Origin: the human T2T-CHM13v2.0 reference genome, Homo sapiens
Assembly (NCBI GenBank): GCA_009914755.4
Contig: CP068257.2
Span: 29,088,001 to 29,152,000, forward strand
Direction: 5' to 3'
DNA: 64,000 nucleotides
Made by a program: the position numbers and the translations under genes. Below the pieces are notes generated by a model. That model was not told the origin of the DNA. It did no database searches and saw nothing but the letters and a program-made list of their open reading frames with translations. This document shows, one piece after another, positions 50,755 through 64,000 of the stretch (position 1 is its first letter; the number at the start of each line of letters is the position of its first letter).

Positions 50755-53700
50755 TTTTCAAGAGAACAGAACTACACTCACATACTGCATTTGATTTAGA
50801 AAGAAAAAGAAGACCATCTCAAAGAATACACAACTATGCCCCTACAGGTCATAGAAAGCATTGTATGTGCACCTGAGAATTAAAGTCCATAATAAGACCT
50901 ATAATAAAACAGGCAGCAAGAAGATTCATGACAATGCGATCTAAACTATTCATGATACGAGTTTGAATAATTCATTCAAACCTAACTTTTCTTTTCATTT
51001 TTTAAGACCTGAAATTCAGGAAATACACAAATAAATTGCAAAGCTACAATTTCATACATTTTGTCGGATATAATTTGATTCTGCCCAGATTTCATCTTCA
51101 AGAGAAGAAAGTTAATTGCTTTTTTACCTAAAATTATATGCAGAAAGCAGAACAAATTAATTTGTAAGACATCCTTGGCTTATATGATTAGTGAGTAAAT
51201 ACCTACCCACCAGAAGTAGTTTTAGAAATAAATTTTAAAGTTAAAAAATAGAATGTCTGAGTAGGAGAAACTAGGAGGAGGTAGAGATCGATTTAGATTA
51301 TTGCTTAATTTTTTAAAATTTATCTTGTAAGTAAACTAGTATAAACATTGTCAAAAATGTAAACAAAATCATTTTGGGATAGCCAGATCTCCTTAACAAT
51401 GAATAAAAAGAATAACCAAACAGCAGACTCAAATTGTTCAAGACTTTATGAAAATATTTAGGAAGCCAATTAAATGATTCGCCATGTCACAGAAAATGTA
51501 ATAAATAATTGCATTAGGAAATCCTCTAGGAATATAATAAATAATGCAATCTTTTTCACTCCTGTTGAATTTTGTGCTAGTATACTCAGTCAATGAGAAC
51601 TCAGCAGGTAACAATACTTTTGATTCCTTCTTATTAGCTTATTATAAGAATTGAATAGAATGTTGTTTACCAAAAGTGTTTTATGTTAAAAATCAAAGGC
51701 AACACAATTTGCATCATTACAATACAAATTATCCATACATAAACTTATTTCACAAAAATGCATTCAGTCCATATATCTATGCTGGACAGTGTCCTGGGCT
51801 GGAAATACAGTGGAGAAGAATAAACGAGGTGCAATCTCTGACCTCAAAGAGTTTCCAATTAAAAGAAGTGTTTCCAGATCTCTCATCTCTTAAGATCTCT
51901 TCTTGGCATCTCTCTCTGTCTTAAATGTCTCTACTATAAATAAATTGATACAATTTGGCAGATACATTCTTTTTAATAGCAGGAAATATTTTTATTTTCT
52001 TCCCTATGACACTAACAAGATTTCATCTCTCTGCCTAGGTTTACAAAGTTTTGACTATTACTTCAGGTAATAAATATCATAATATAGGTTCTTAGATGTG
52101 AAATAAATTGAAATAAGTACAAAACTATACCTCTCTTTGGCACCTAATATAATCCAATTCATAGAAACGTCTGTGTTTTTCACCAAGTTAAGCAGAAAAA
52201 TACTCAGACTATGCCTTCCCATGATTATACATCATACCTGAAACCTGAAAAAAATATTAGACAGTAATCCAGCTATTTCAAAGACTTGAATGTTTAGTTC
52301 CTATACACAAGTTCCTACATATTCTAACATTTTTAATTTTCAAATATTTATCATGGTCCAAAAAAAGAAAAAACCATCAATCAGACCACGTGATGTGATG
52401 GAGTAGCCACAGCACTCCATCTGATTAACCCTTCAGGCCATTGATTAATGCAACCAATCAAGTACCAGACCATTACATCTGATTAAGCACTCTCTGATTT
52501 TACTGGCAATTTAAGAACTCCAGCTTAATGCTTAGGAGGGAATCTAACGCATTAAATCTCATATATCTTTTTTTTTTCCAGGAGGAAAACTTCATTTGGT
52601 ATTCAGTCCACACTAGATAAATGGTGATCTATGGAGACTGAACTACTAAAGCAAATAGGCATGCAGACAATGAGTAAACAGAAGAGAAATGTCTTACAAA
52701 CACATAGGGTTTTAACCAGCGACTTTAATGTTGGGTCAAGTGTCCTTTCCACGAGCTCCTTTGGAACACAAATGATAACAAAGTCAATAATAACTATTTG
52801 TACAAAGTCTCCACTCCTTGCAATCTTGGGAAAGAAGTATTAACTTGAAAGAAGTAATAACTTTTGCACCAACATAATACGCCTTTCCCAGGATTACAAG
52901 GAGTGGAGACTTTGTTACAGTAGTTATTATTGACTGTATTATTCAGTCTTCTTTTCAGATTTCTGCTCATCTCCTATGAATGTATCCCAGGAGTAGCATG
53001 AGGAACATGGGATTCTGTAGGAAACTGCCAGAGACCCAGGAAACGTGTGAACACAGGTGAAAGGAAAGAGAGGTGTGCCAAGGACTGAGGAAGAAGCAAA
53101 GAATCCTAACCCTGGATGTAGGAAACATCAACCCCTGGACATCAGAGATGGTCATACTCACAGAGAGTCTGTAATAACCTATGATACGTGAAAAAAAAGA
53201 AAAATGAGCTAGTTCACCAGCTGTCATAGATAGTGCAGAGAATCATCATACACTAAGTGAAATAAGTTTATGTATGGATAATTTTTATTGTAATGATGCA
53301 AAGTCTGTTGCCTTTGATTTTTAACATAAAAAACTTTTTCTAATAAACCTTCTATTCAATTCTTATAATAAGCTAAGGAAATGGGCAAGGTTGACCTTAT
53401 CCCATCTTACAAATGGGGAAACTGCATCTCAGTGAGTCTATATCATAAAAAAGATGGCTGGAGTTCAACACAGCTTTCTAATTTGCAATTCCATGGCTAT
53501 TTCACTATACAATTAAGTACTATGGAATTTTAGGTTCTTATTTTAATGCATTTTTAAAATATTAAAATAATAAATAATTCTTTGGGCTGCTTCCCCTAGA
53601 TGTTAATTTTAAGGAATTGTGTATTTTATTTTTAGTCTACTGTATAAAACCTAATATTCATTAAGTGAATATGAGAGAGAATAATTGAATGAATTAAAAT

Positions 53701-55589
53701 TGTAAAATATAAGACATATTACAGAATTATTTTAAACATATTTACATATGTATAAGCTGAACACTTTGTGAACCCCAATGCTAATATATCTTTTCCATAG
53801 TTATAAAAGAACATTCAATTTAAGAAGTGGGGCTGGGAAAATTGGTTATTCACATGCAAAAGAATGAAGTTGGATCCCTCCTCACTATATACAAATATTA
53901 ACTATAAATAGATCATCTTAAATATAAGAGCTAACATTATAAAACTCTTAGAAGAAAATATAGCAGTAATTTTTCACTTAGGCAAAGACTTCTTAGTTGT
54001 AATAATTAAAAGACAAGTGACAAAAGCAAAATAGATAAATTGGACATTATCAAATTAAAAACCTGTAGTTTTCAATGGACATGATCAAGACAACCCATGG
54101 AGTAGAAAAAACTGTTTGCAAATTCTACATCTTATGGAGGAGTTTATCTAGCATATATAAAGGACTTGCAATTCAATGATAAAAGACAAATAACCCAATT
54201 CAAATATAAGCACAGGATCTGAATGAACATTTCCTCAAAAAGGATGTACAAACAGCCAATAAACATAAGAAAATATGCTCAACATCATTAGCCATCAGAA
54301 AAATGTAAATTAAAATCCCAGTATCACTTCACACCCATTAGAATGACTATAATCATAAAGTCAGATAATAACTAGTGTTAATAATAATAAAGTGTTGGTG
54401 GAGAAATTGAGCCCTCATACACTGCAGGTTGGAATGTAAAATGGTGCAGGTGTTTTGAAAAACAGCCTGACAATTTTTCGAAATGTTAAACATAAAGTTA
54501 CCATTCAGCTCATAGGTATATAACCAAGAGAATGAAAACATACGTTCACTCAATAAGTTGTATATGAATGTAAGTAGTAGCATTATTTATATTAATCAGA
54601 AAAAATGAAAACAAACCAAATGTCTGTCAGCTGGTGAATGGGTATAAATGTGGTATATCCATACAACGGAATATTATGTAACAATAAAAAGAGAGAACGT
54701 ACTGATACAAGAAAATGCAATTTTACTCCTACACAACTTCTGGTTACCAGGTAAACTGCTGTGAAATTCATTGCCTATCGACATTTGATGTTTTTGAGAG
54801 CCTTAAGAAAACCACTTCTTACATTTTAATGAGTCATTAAATGACTTTTCTTCTTTCACACACAAAATCTCCCATTTTAGTTTTTACTGTTTTCCAGTAT
54901 TTGAGCTTATGTGCCCAAAGTGTTTTTTTATCTAAACTCATAGAAATATAAGCTGTATTTCAAGAATGATCATTGCCAATGAGCCACAACAGAGGTAAAA
55001 ATATACTTTCTAAATTATCAGGAAGACTCCTACAGCTGATTTTATAAGGAACTCCCTAAAATACATACCAATAGCTTAAGAGATTTGTCAGTAAACAACA
55101 ATGTCATGTGACAGCAATTAATCAACACAATAGTAACGCCTTGTTTGCTCCTGTGTTCAACTGTCAAAGGAGGCCATTTCATCTGGACTATTAAAACTCC
55201 TAAATGTGGCCTGGTTTATCAATGGTAAAGTGAATCAGGGAGTTTTTGACGAATACAAATAGAAAAAAAAATCCTGTAATGTGAATTTAAATGCATGTAC
55301 TTAGAGGCTGTAATATATAAACTACAGCATACAGATAGGGGTTGGAAAGCCATAGTTTGATGGTACAAGAGCAAATGCTTAAATGATGACTGTATAAAAA
55401 TGCTGGAAACTCCCCCAGAGGCAAAGAGTAAACTGGAATGTCATATTGCCTGCCACTGTACACAAGAGATGAAGGGACCAGAAAATAAACACAGGCTTCT
55501 TGAAATTCATCACAGGATATACTAGTAAAGGCATAAAAACTGGAAGTCAAAAGTCAGCAGCAAGATAATAAGCATTTTGGAAATAGGGT

Positions 55590-55775
55590 GTTCAGTAGAG
55601 AGGGTAACCATAGCCAGAGTTGTATTACAGCCATAGCTTGAGCTGTAGTCACCACCACTTATATGGAGCCTTAATTACAGCCCAGTCCTGGGTAGCTTTT
55701 GCTACCCACATCATAGCCATAGCCAAGGCCACATCCACAGTTCCCATACGAGTTTGTGTCATAATTGGAATACAT
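55590..55775 (-). pseudogene. Degenerate KRTAP (HGT-type) pseudogene relic: 34-codon ORF MYSNYDTNSYGNCGCGLGYGYDVGSKSYPGLGCN* followed by frameshifted GY-repeat remnants
   Basis: Minus-strand ATG at 55775-55773 and TAA at 55671-55673. MYSNYDTNSYGNCGCG parallels MCCNYYGNSCGYGCGYG. Downstream (55600-55670) other frames still read ...GGDYSSSYGCNTTLAMVT / ...GYGYPLY. No TATA box is recognisable upstream. Confidence 0.6.
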
Positions 55776-56418
55776 GGTGTCAGCATGTAAGGTTTCAGTT
55801 GCATTGTAAAGGAAGATTGATAGTCTATTCAGAGCACCATGCCAAGACCTGCACTTCACCTGCCAGGAACAGGCAGGCCATGTGTCATACAGACTCTGCC
55901 TCCTCCATGCCTCCAACAGTTTGTGGAGCAGCCTTTCATTATTTTGTGGTGTCCTCTTAGAAAAGATTTGGTCAAAGCAGTTAAGAAAGTGTTTAATTGA
56001 TCTGCTAACTTGGCTTTCCCCAACTAAATTTTCAGTCTAATATAAGTCATTTTTGATGAACATACTTGTCAGATTTTATTATCCATAACTAGCAGCATGA
56101 CACCTACTGTGAAGGTGAAGGTCTCAGGTGAGCACCTGTCCACATGAGAGCTGCTATAACGAACCCTTTTGCCTCTCTTATTATCCTGTTATTTTACCTA
56201 AGACCATAACCTCAACTTCTTCCTCATTGCAATTTAACGCATTACATCGGCCAGGAAGCTATATTCCCATTAACACATAAAGCCACAGAGGCAGAATTAT
56301 GTCTGTGTCTACCCGCATTCAAAACAAGACATAATTGGTGATTAGGCCACCTCTGCTACCAAATTCATAGTTAATTCATGAGAAGAGTTAACCCGTGTAT
56401 TAAAATCTATGTTCTAGA

Positions 56419-56670
56419 CTAGGTGTGGTGGCTCACACAGGTAATCTCAACACTTTGGGAGGCCAAGGAAGGGATTGCTTCAGCCCCAGAGTTCGAGACC
56501 AGCATGGGCAACATAGGGAGACACTATCTCTACAAAAAATTTGAAACTTAAACAGACGCAGTAGAGGTGAAAGGATTGCCTGAGCCTAGGAGTGTGAGGT
56601 TACAGTAAGCTATGATCATGCCACTGGACTTTAGCCTGGGTAACAAAACAAGAATCTGTCTCTAAAAAAA
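56419..56670 (+). mobile_element. Alu SINE, older subfamily (AluJ/S-like), + orientation, poly-A at 56660-56670
   Basis: ctaggtgtggtggctcacacaggtaatctcaacactttgggaggccaaggaagggattgcttcagccccagagttcgagaccagcatgggcaacatagggagacactatctctacaaaaaattt...gtaagctatgatcatgccactggactttagcctgggtaacaaaacaagaatctgtctctaaaaaaaa. Confidence 0.85.
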
Positions 56671-59600
56671 ATTTTTTTTAATTAAAAAGAAAACTAAAGC
56701 AAATTATTTTTACCTTTGTAATATCTCACCTGCCTAACTTGTTGGCTGTTAATAATATTTTGATAATTTATCCATCCTTCATGTGATTTTTAGTATATTT
56801 CTATTATTCAAAATTCACAATCTAGTAAAATACGTTTCATACTTTTCAATGTATTCTCCAAATCCCTTCCCTTCATTCCTTTTCTCCTTTTCTATGGCCA
56901 ATCATCAACCATCTTTTGGCAACTGACCCAAATACAGCCATACCCAAATGAAGAAATAACATAAATCATAAATATAATACATTTTAAAAGTGTTGTTTTA
57001 CTGAGAGGCAGTGTAATCACAGTGCAGTCCCAGGTAAAAGCATACTGCCACCCCTTACTACCAAGTGTATTCCAATTTGGATAATAAATTGTATCAATGA
57101 CCTATAATCAATGACTCAAGGGCCAGCCTGCCTTGCCAGGTTCAAATACTAGCTTTGTCATTTACCATTTGTGAAATCTGGACAAGTTTTACCTCTCTGA
57201 CCCTCAGTTGCCTCATTTGCTATTAGGGATACTAAGTTAAGTACTAAGGATTAAATTAGTATATGAAAAGCATTGAGAACAGTGTCTGAAAATGACAATT
57301 ATTATTACATTATTAAATGTAAGCTGTGGTTATTATTGTATATATTAAAACCAATTACATTCACAGAGAGAGAGAAGAACAACATGCCCTATGGCCTATG
57401 GCACTTCAGAAATAAAACAAATATGACACAGAAAACCAACTAACACAGTATTATTTGATTATATATAGCGTTAAGGATGGAAAATGTTAATAGGGACCTT
57501 TGGGATTGTGAAACTTTTAGGAGGAAATAGTTATTAGCTTTGCTACATATTACCTGAGGCAAAATGTATGCTAATAGCCCATTGAAATGTTAATATTTAG
57601 ATGTGAATATTAGTTTTAGTTTAACAGTCATGGAATACAAATAGGATGCATTTAGAAAATTCTGGGGATAAGATAGATATAAACAAGTTACTATTAATAA
57701 GAATAAGGTAATTTTCACTAAGTACTTTATATATTATTTTTGAAAAGAAAAAGTAGAATACTAAAAAATACTTTTCCCCAGGTTTATGAAAGCATTGTGG
57801 AAAGTGAAAAATAAAATTAATTCACTTTCCAGGATCTTTCTTTACAGAATGGCTTGATAGGCTGCCTACTAATGTTTCTAGAATCTTAAATATGGGAAGT
57901 AAAATGATTTTTTAGTAAATCATGTATTATATTTTAGATAGGTTTACCTAGTTCTATTAGCATTCACATAATTTTTCCTTTCCGTAATGGAAATAAGTGA
58001 TCAGTAGAATCTGTATTTGAGTAATTAATTATAAAAGCAATGGTAGATTTGAAATGATTAATCTTTATTTTTCCCCCTTAGAAATGGCAACATGTAGATT
58101 AAAGGTGGTTAACCTGGATTAGAAGACAAGTCATGGTCATAGAAGACATTACACTCAAGTCCCCCAAATCATGGGGCACACGCCCACAACCTCAGCATTA
58201 TTGAGAGAGCCACAGACAAGCATCACTAATTGGACCAGATGATTTTTACATCCCGTACTGCTCCAAAATTCTGAGTTCTCTCCAGCAGATATTTCAATTA
58301 GGCCAAAAAAAAAATACAGCAAAGTAAAAATGGTCACAATCATTTTATCAGAAAGTTCAGAAAATTCCAAAAAACTCCTAAGTTGATTTGCAGGTACCAA
58401 GTGAAAAAAGAAGAAACTTTCTACTTCCAGGTAGTATACAGATGATTAAGAAAGATCTTCCCTCCCATAACAACCACAAAATCTTGGACAAAAAAAAAAA
58501 TCACACTTCTCCATGGGCCTAATAAAGAACAGTAGATGATGTAAAGAATCCTAGTTGAACCGAATTCGAGAAAGAAATAAACCTTAAAAGAGGAAGCCAT
58601 GGGAGCTTTTATTGCTGAAGGCAGATGTCCACTTTGGATACAGGCAGATCAAATATAAAGAGAGAATTTAAGAATAATTATTACATATTTCAAATATGAA
58701 AAAGAAGCCAGTCTCTTTCACTACTTTCGCTCTTTTGAGAGTCTGATTTCACCTCAACTCCTCAACGTCCTTGTGTTCTGATTTCCGTGGCTAAAGCCAG
58801 CTTAACACCTCCGAATGGGTACTGTTAAGCTACAAGGGAAGAAAACACATTCCAATTCAATCATCCAACACATGAACATCACAATCTCTTTTATTCAGAG
58901 CCAGTACTACCTTCTTTTAATCTACAGCTGACATCACTATGATACTTTGCTCTAGAGGCTGTAACTGACAACATATAAAATGTAATAGCAGCCAGGTAGA
59001 GCATTACAGTTCTTGAAATGAAAGGAGATTTGCCATAATAGAAATTCAATTGCCATATGCTGCATCAGCTATAAGTAGCATGTTGGAACACAGCATGCTG
59101 TGTTTCAAAACACACCTTATCTTAACACTCAACACCTGAGGCAAAGGCGCATTCAAAATGTATGTCTTTGCAGAGAGACAAGTAATAAAACAGCATCTTA
59201 CATTTTATAGTGTTTTACAGTTTGCAAAGTGTTTTCATGTATATAATCTAGTATGGCAATAAAAAATTATGAATTCTGTCTTACAGAAAAGAAAACCAAG
59301 GTTTAGAGACACTAAATTACTTGCAGATGGTTACTGAAATTGTAAATAGAGGGACAAATTGCGCTAAAGTTTCCTTGTTCTAAATATAGGGCTCTTTCTA
59401 CAGTCGCACAAGACCACATTCTTTCAAATAGTTAATATCATAGAAAAGACATGCTGAATTATATAATCAAAACTTCTGGTTTTTCATTATGGCTGTATAG
59501 TAACCACATGCATCAATAAACTCAAGTATACATTCATTCGTGCAATAAATATTAATTGAATATCTTTCATGGGTTAAGTCCTGGGAATGTAAAATAGTCC

Positions 59601-60095
59601 TTGCCCTCAAGAATCATGCATTTGACAATAAACATGTAAGTAATCAATTCCAAGATACTGTAACAAGGAGAACACAGAGACTGGCACTAAGGGAAGCTTG
59701 AAGTTTCTAGGAAGTTCCAAGAGGATGAGTAAAACTTCATGAGACAAAGAATCAAGGAAAATATTCCAAGGAGAAAGAAAAAGGGTATGAGGGTGAAAAT
59801 ACGGAAAGGCATGATAGAGTTAGGGTGCAGCAGGTATTTTGACACCAAGTGCCCGGAATTCTGTCTTTGGACGACTTTGCCTTTCTGTCTGCATTCACTT
59901 AGTGATATCATCTGGTCTCATGAATTTAAGTACTTATATATGTTGCTGGCAACTACCAAATTTGTAACTCTGGCCCAGGTGCCTTCCAAGACTCATGTCC
60001 ATCTGCCTGATCGACATCTCCAGTTGGATTCTTGATGAGCATCTCGAACATAAAAGCTTCAAAATTGATCTCCTCATTTTGCCCCTCAGATGCAC

Positions 60096-60383
60096 TTTTT
60101 TTTTCTTTTTTTGAGACAGTGTCTCATTTTGTCACCCAGGCTGGAGTGCAGCGGCTCACTGCAACTTCCACCTCCCAGGTTCAAATGATTTTCCTGCCTC
60201 AGCCTCCCGAATAGCTGGGACTACAGACATGCACCACCATGCCTGGCTAATTTTTGTATTTTTAGTAGAGACAGGGATTTCACCAGTTAGCCAGGCTGGT
60301 CTCGAACTCCAGACCTCAGGTGATCCGCCCGCCTCGGCCTCCCAACGTGCTGGGTTTACAGGCCTGAGCTACAGCACCTGGCC
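60096..60383 (-). mobile_element. Alu SINE (minus orientation)
   Basis: ttttttttctttttttgagacagtgtctcattttgtcacccaggctggagtgcagcggctcactgcaacttccacctcccaggttcaaatgattttcctgcctcagcctcccgaatagctgggactacagacatgcaccaccatgcctggctaatttttgtatttttagtagagacagggatttcaccagttagccaggctggtctcgaactccagacctcaggtgatccgcccgcctcggcctcccaacgtgctgggtttacaggcctgagctacagcacctggcc. Confidence 0.9.
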
Positions 60384-61355
60384 CACAGATGCACGTCTTT
60401 TGCAGTTTGTTTTACTTCCATTTAAGACTGTCCTATCTTTTCTGTCATTCAGCCTAAATCTTGGAATCACCCTTAACACTTCACTTATGTTTATACCTCA
60501 CACCCTATCATTCAGCAAAACTAGTAAACTCTACCTTTGAAATAGCTCATCATTTTGATTGCCATCACCAGCAGCTAATTGCAAATGGCTTTTAGCTGGC
60601 CTTTCTGCTTCTACTCTTGTCCATTCCTGCTCCCCAGCAGGATAATATCAACATACTACCCAGAGAGAGCTTGTTAAGACAGAAGCCAGACTGTGTCACT
60701 CCTCTGCTCCAGACCCTGCAAAAGAATCTCATCTAGAATAAAAGCTAAAACTTTTAACTTAGGTTCTCTGACCTCATCTCCTGCCACCTACTTATCCACC
60801 ACCTTCCCTGCCTGCTAGCCACACTGCATCTTTCTTCTTCTATACAAAATAGAGTCCAGCCATTGCACTCGCTGTTCACTCTGCCCCCAATGTTTTCCCC
60901 TGATAAACATAAGTCACACTTTATCCTCCTTCAAGGTTCGCTTCAGTGCCGTATTCTCAAAGAGAACTTCATTGATCATCTTATTTAAATTTTAGCACCC
61001 TTCCTGGTGCTCCCTATCACACTTCGTTTCTTTTTCTCCAAAGCCCTTTTCATCATTAGACATTAAATTTATTATTTGTTTAAGCTCTCCAAAGCTAAAT
61101 GTAAATTCCAAACATGCTGTGATTTTTGTCTAGAATAGTAATCAGCAGAGAGTACATTCTTGAAACTTATTTGTTAAATGAATGAATTTAGTTGGTCAAC
61201 GTGGTGTACGGCAAAGTTTCACAAGGGATGAAATGTGAAAGCTAAGCCATATTCACAAAATGATGTGATTTACATATGGGGTGTTCATCCTTCCTGGTTT
61301 ACCAGAGACAGTTTCTGTTGTTCTCTTGTAAGTACTCAATTAATAGAGTTTCCAC

Positions 61356-61647
<292 letters not shown>

Positions 61648-62299
61648 CTATGTATATGGTATGCTAGGAAATTTGGACTCTTTCTCACAAGCAGTGGGAA
61701 GCCATCAGAAGCACAGGTGAATGGCATAAGTGAGTACGTGTTTTGAAAAGATAATTCTGTATCAACAAAACCAATGAAACTGAATGGAGAGGGATTGGTG
61801 ATTGGGAAAATGGTTAGAAAGCCAATAAATAACTTGTACGGTGGAGAGTATTCCAAACTATGTGACAGACAGTGAACATTGAGATGAAGTGGACATTTTG
61901 AGATGGACAAATGGAAAAACTGTCAGCAGAATTTGGGAATTAATACCATTAAGGAGATATCATAGGTCAAGGCTGGTTGTACGATTTTTAGCCCGAGTGA
62001 TGGTGCAGATCAGGAAGTTGTTTATCCAAAGTCATGGACACAAGAAAATGATCAAGATTGAGAAAGAAAATGTTAAACCCAGCTGAGATATAAGTTTGAG
62101 GCATATCTGTGTACACTTAGAAGACAGTTCAGCAAATAAAGAAGCAAAACAATCTGAATAGAGAAAATAAATTTAATGTCAGAAAAGAGAGATTTAGGAC
62201 TTATCAGTGCATATTTGAGAGTTTAAAACATCTTGGTCTATGTCCTATTGCATACATTAAGTGATTTTAATGAAGACAAAAAAACTTGCACATTTACAT

Positions 62300-64000
62300 T
62301 CAGTTAATCACTATTATATACTGGAGGTAAGATACTGTTATGCATTTTTGGGACATTTATCCAGCCTCATATGAGTAATATCTTCAACAGTCTTTTCCAA
62401 ATGAATATTGGATACTGCCAATCCATTTTAAAACTCTGTTTAAATACCTTTTACTTGTATATGTTTAAGGTGTAAAACTTGATGATTATACACACACACT
62501 TTGAAATAATTACTACAAGCAAGTTATTTAACATATATATTACCTTGCCTAGTTATTTGGTGGGGCTGGCACCTAAGAAGACTTAGAATTGCCCTCAATA
62601 AATTTCAAGTATATAGGACAGTGTTGTTACCTGTGATAAGCATTAGATCTCCAGAACTCATTTATCTTACTATCTTACATAACTGAGACTTTGTACCCCG
62701 TTCACTAACATCCTTCCATATACCTCTTCCCTCTCGCCTGGTAACACCTTTCTACTCTCTGCTTCTATGAGTTTAACTATTTTTGATTCCACATATAAAT
62801 GAGATTATGCAGTATTCCTTTTTGTGCCTGGATTATTTCTTTTAGGAAAATGTCCTCTAGGTCCATTCATGTTCTCATGAGTGGAAGGGTCTCCTTTTTC
62901 AGCTAAATACTATTCCATTTTATGCATATACTGCATTTTCTGTATCTCTTTATCTGTAGATGGATATGTAGCTTGTTTCTGTATTTTGACTATGGTGAAT
63001 AATGCTGCAATGACATTGGAGTGTAAATGTCCTTTGGGATTCTGATTTCAATTCCTTTGGATTCATACCCAGAAGTAGGATTTCTGAGTTGCATGGTAGC
63101 TCTGTTTTTAATTTTTTTAGAAACTTCCATAGTATTTTCCATAATGGCAGTACCAATCTGCATCCCCATCAACAGTGTAAAAGGGTTCCCTTTTCTTCAT
63201 ATTTTTGCCAATGCTTGTTATCTTTCAATTTTTCAAATATAGTCCTCCTAACAGGTGTAAGGCGATATCTAATTATGGTTTTAATTTGTTATTTTCCTGA
63301 AGATTAATAAAGTTGAGTATTTTGTCATATACCTGTCGGTCATCTGTGTGTCTTCTTTGGAAAAATAGCCATTCAGGTCCTTTGCACATTTTGTAATCAA
63401 GTTATTTGATACTTTTTGCTATTAAGTTGTAAGAGTTCCCTATTATATATTTTTAATATTAACACCTTATCAGATATTTGATTTATAAATATTTTCTCTC
63501 ATTTCATAGGTTACTTTTTACCTTGTTGGTTGCTTCCTTTGCTATGCAGAAGCTTTTAAATTTGATGTAGCCCCACTTATTTATTTTTGCTTTTGTTGCC
63601 TGTGTTTTTGGTGTCATATCCTCAAATCTGCTGTCAAGACCAATGTCAAGAAGATTTTCCCCTATGTTTTATTCTAGGAGTTTTACAGTTTCAGGTTTTA
63701 CATTTAAGTCTTTAAACCATTTTTAGTAGATTTTTTATATGATGTAAGATAAGGGTCCAGTTTCATTATTTTGCATGTGGTTATCCAGTTTCCCCAACAA
63801 CATTTATTAAAGAGACTATCTTTTCCCTACCATGTATTCTTGGGACGCTTGTTGAACATTAGTTGACCGTATATGAATGGGCTTATTTCTAGACTCTCTT
63901 TTGTAACGTTGGTATATGTGTCTGCGGGTAAAGGGAAACTGTTCCTGCTTCCCCTCTTTGATGCACCTATCCTTGGATTTTTCTGGAATCTCTCCATCTC
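62300..64000 (-). mobile_element. Old L1 (L1M/L1PB-like) 3' portion (ORF2 C-terminal region plus 3'UTR), minus orientation, continuing beyond the window end; lower boundary approximate
   Basis: The reverse complement of 62380-62800 matches the old-L1 3'UTR (...gtaagataaatgagttctggagatctaatg...acttgaaatttattgagggcaattctaagtc...atcatcaagttttacaccttaaacatatacaag...). The minus ORFs 62950-63172 read VLPLWKILWKFLKKLKTELP.NSEILLLGM.PKELKS, which is L1 [37 protein letters not shown]. 63180-64000 is antisense ORF2. Confidence 0.85.

Noticed and set aside
52850-52880. MADE1 / Hsmar1-MITE-like terminal motif (agtaataacttttgcaccaacataa)
   Set aside because: Only ~25 nt resembles the MITE end and the full 80-bp palindromic element is not present. 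It is mentioned only as context for the nested inverted repeat.

Overview
This 64 kb window is AT-rich, repeat-dense primate (human-like) genomic DNA, not a prokaryotic locus. The supplied ORF track accepts TTG/GTG starts, and most of its long ORFs are translations of low-complexity repeats or retroelements. The real content is a head-to-tail array of small single-exon keratin-associated protein (KRTAP) genes of the high-glycine-tyrosine type, all on the minus strand and embedded in Alu/L1 debris. From memory, the order and sequences match the KRTAP21 part of the chr21q22.1 hair-keratin-associated protein cluster.

Two genes look intact. One is an 83-aa gene at 26563-26814 (KRTAP21-2-like). 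The other is a 79-aa gene at 34751-34990 (KRTAP21-1-like). Each has a TATATAAAGG box about 80 nt upstream of its ATG and starts MCCNYY.

Three further KRTAP-like loci are degenerate. The largest is a paralog at 20720-22237 whose Gly-Tyr-Cys-Ser repeat has expanded to about 1.5 kb. It is about 504 stop-free codons of GYGCGYGSGSGYG-type repeat with a conserved ...CRPFCYRRCYSSCC* tail. It has no AUG and no promoter, and its 5' end is abruptly replaced by an antisense L1 ORF2 fragment. A second locus at about 42330-42494 is a start-loss pseudogene (ATG to GTG, plus a frameshift). A third at about 55590-55775 is a truncated relic (MYSNYDTNSYGNCGCGLGYGYD...*).

The expanded paralog and KRTAP21-2 sit in two tandem duplicated blocks of about 3.5-5 kb (roughly 17.3-22.2 kb and 23.45-26.9 kb). 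These are separated by the L1 fragment and a CpG-containing AT-rich minisatellite.

Other content is as follows:
- At least 11 Alu copies.
- A 3.4 kb 5'-truncated L1 ORF2 with 3'UTR, a head-to-head L1 pair, and an L1 3' end at the window edge.
- A 370-bp polypurine (GA)n-like tract next to (CA)n.
- (CA)n, (GGAA)n, (GTT)n and AT-rich microsatellites.
- Several unexplained inverted and direct repeat pairs.
- No CpG island and no rRNA or tRNA were seen.
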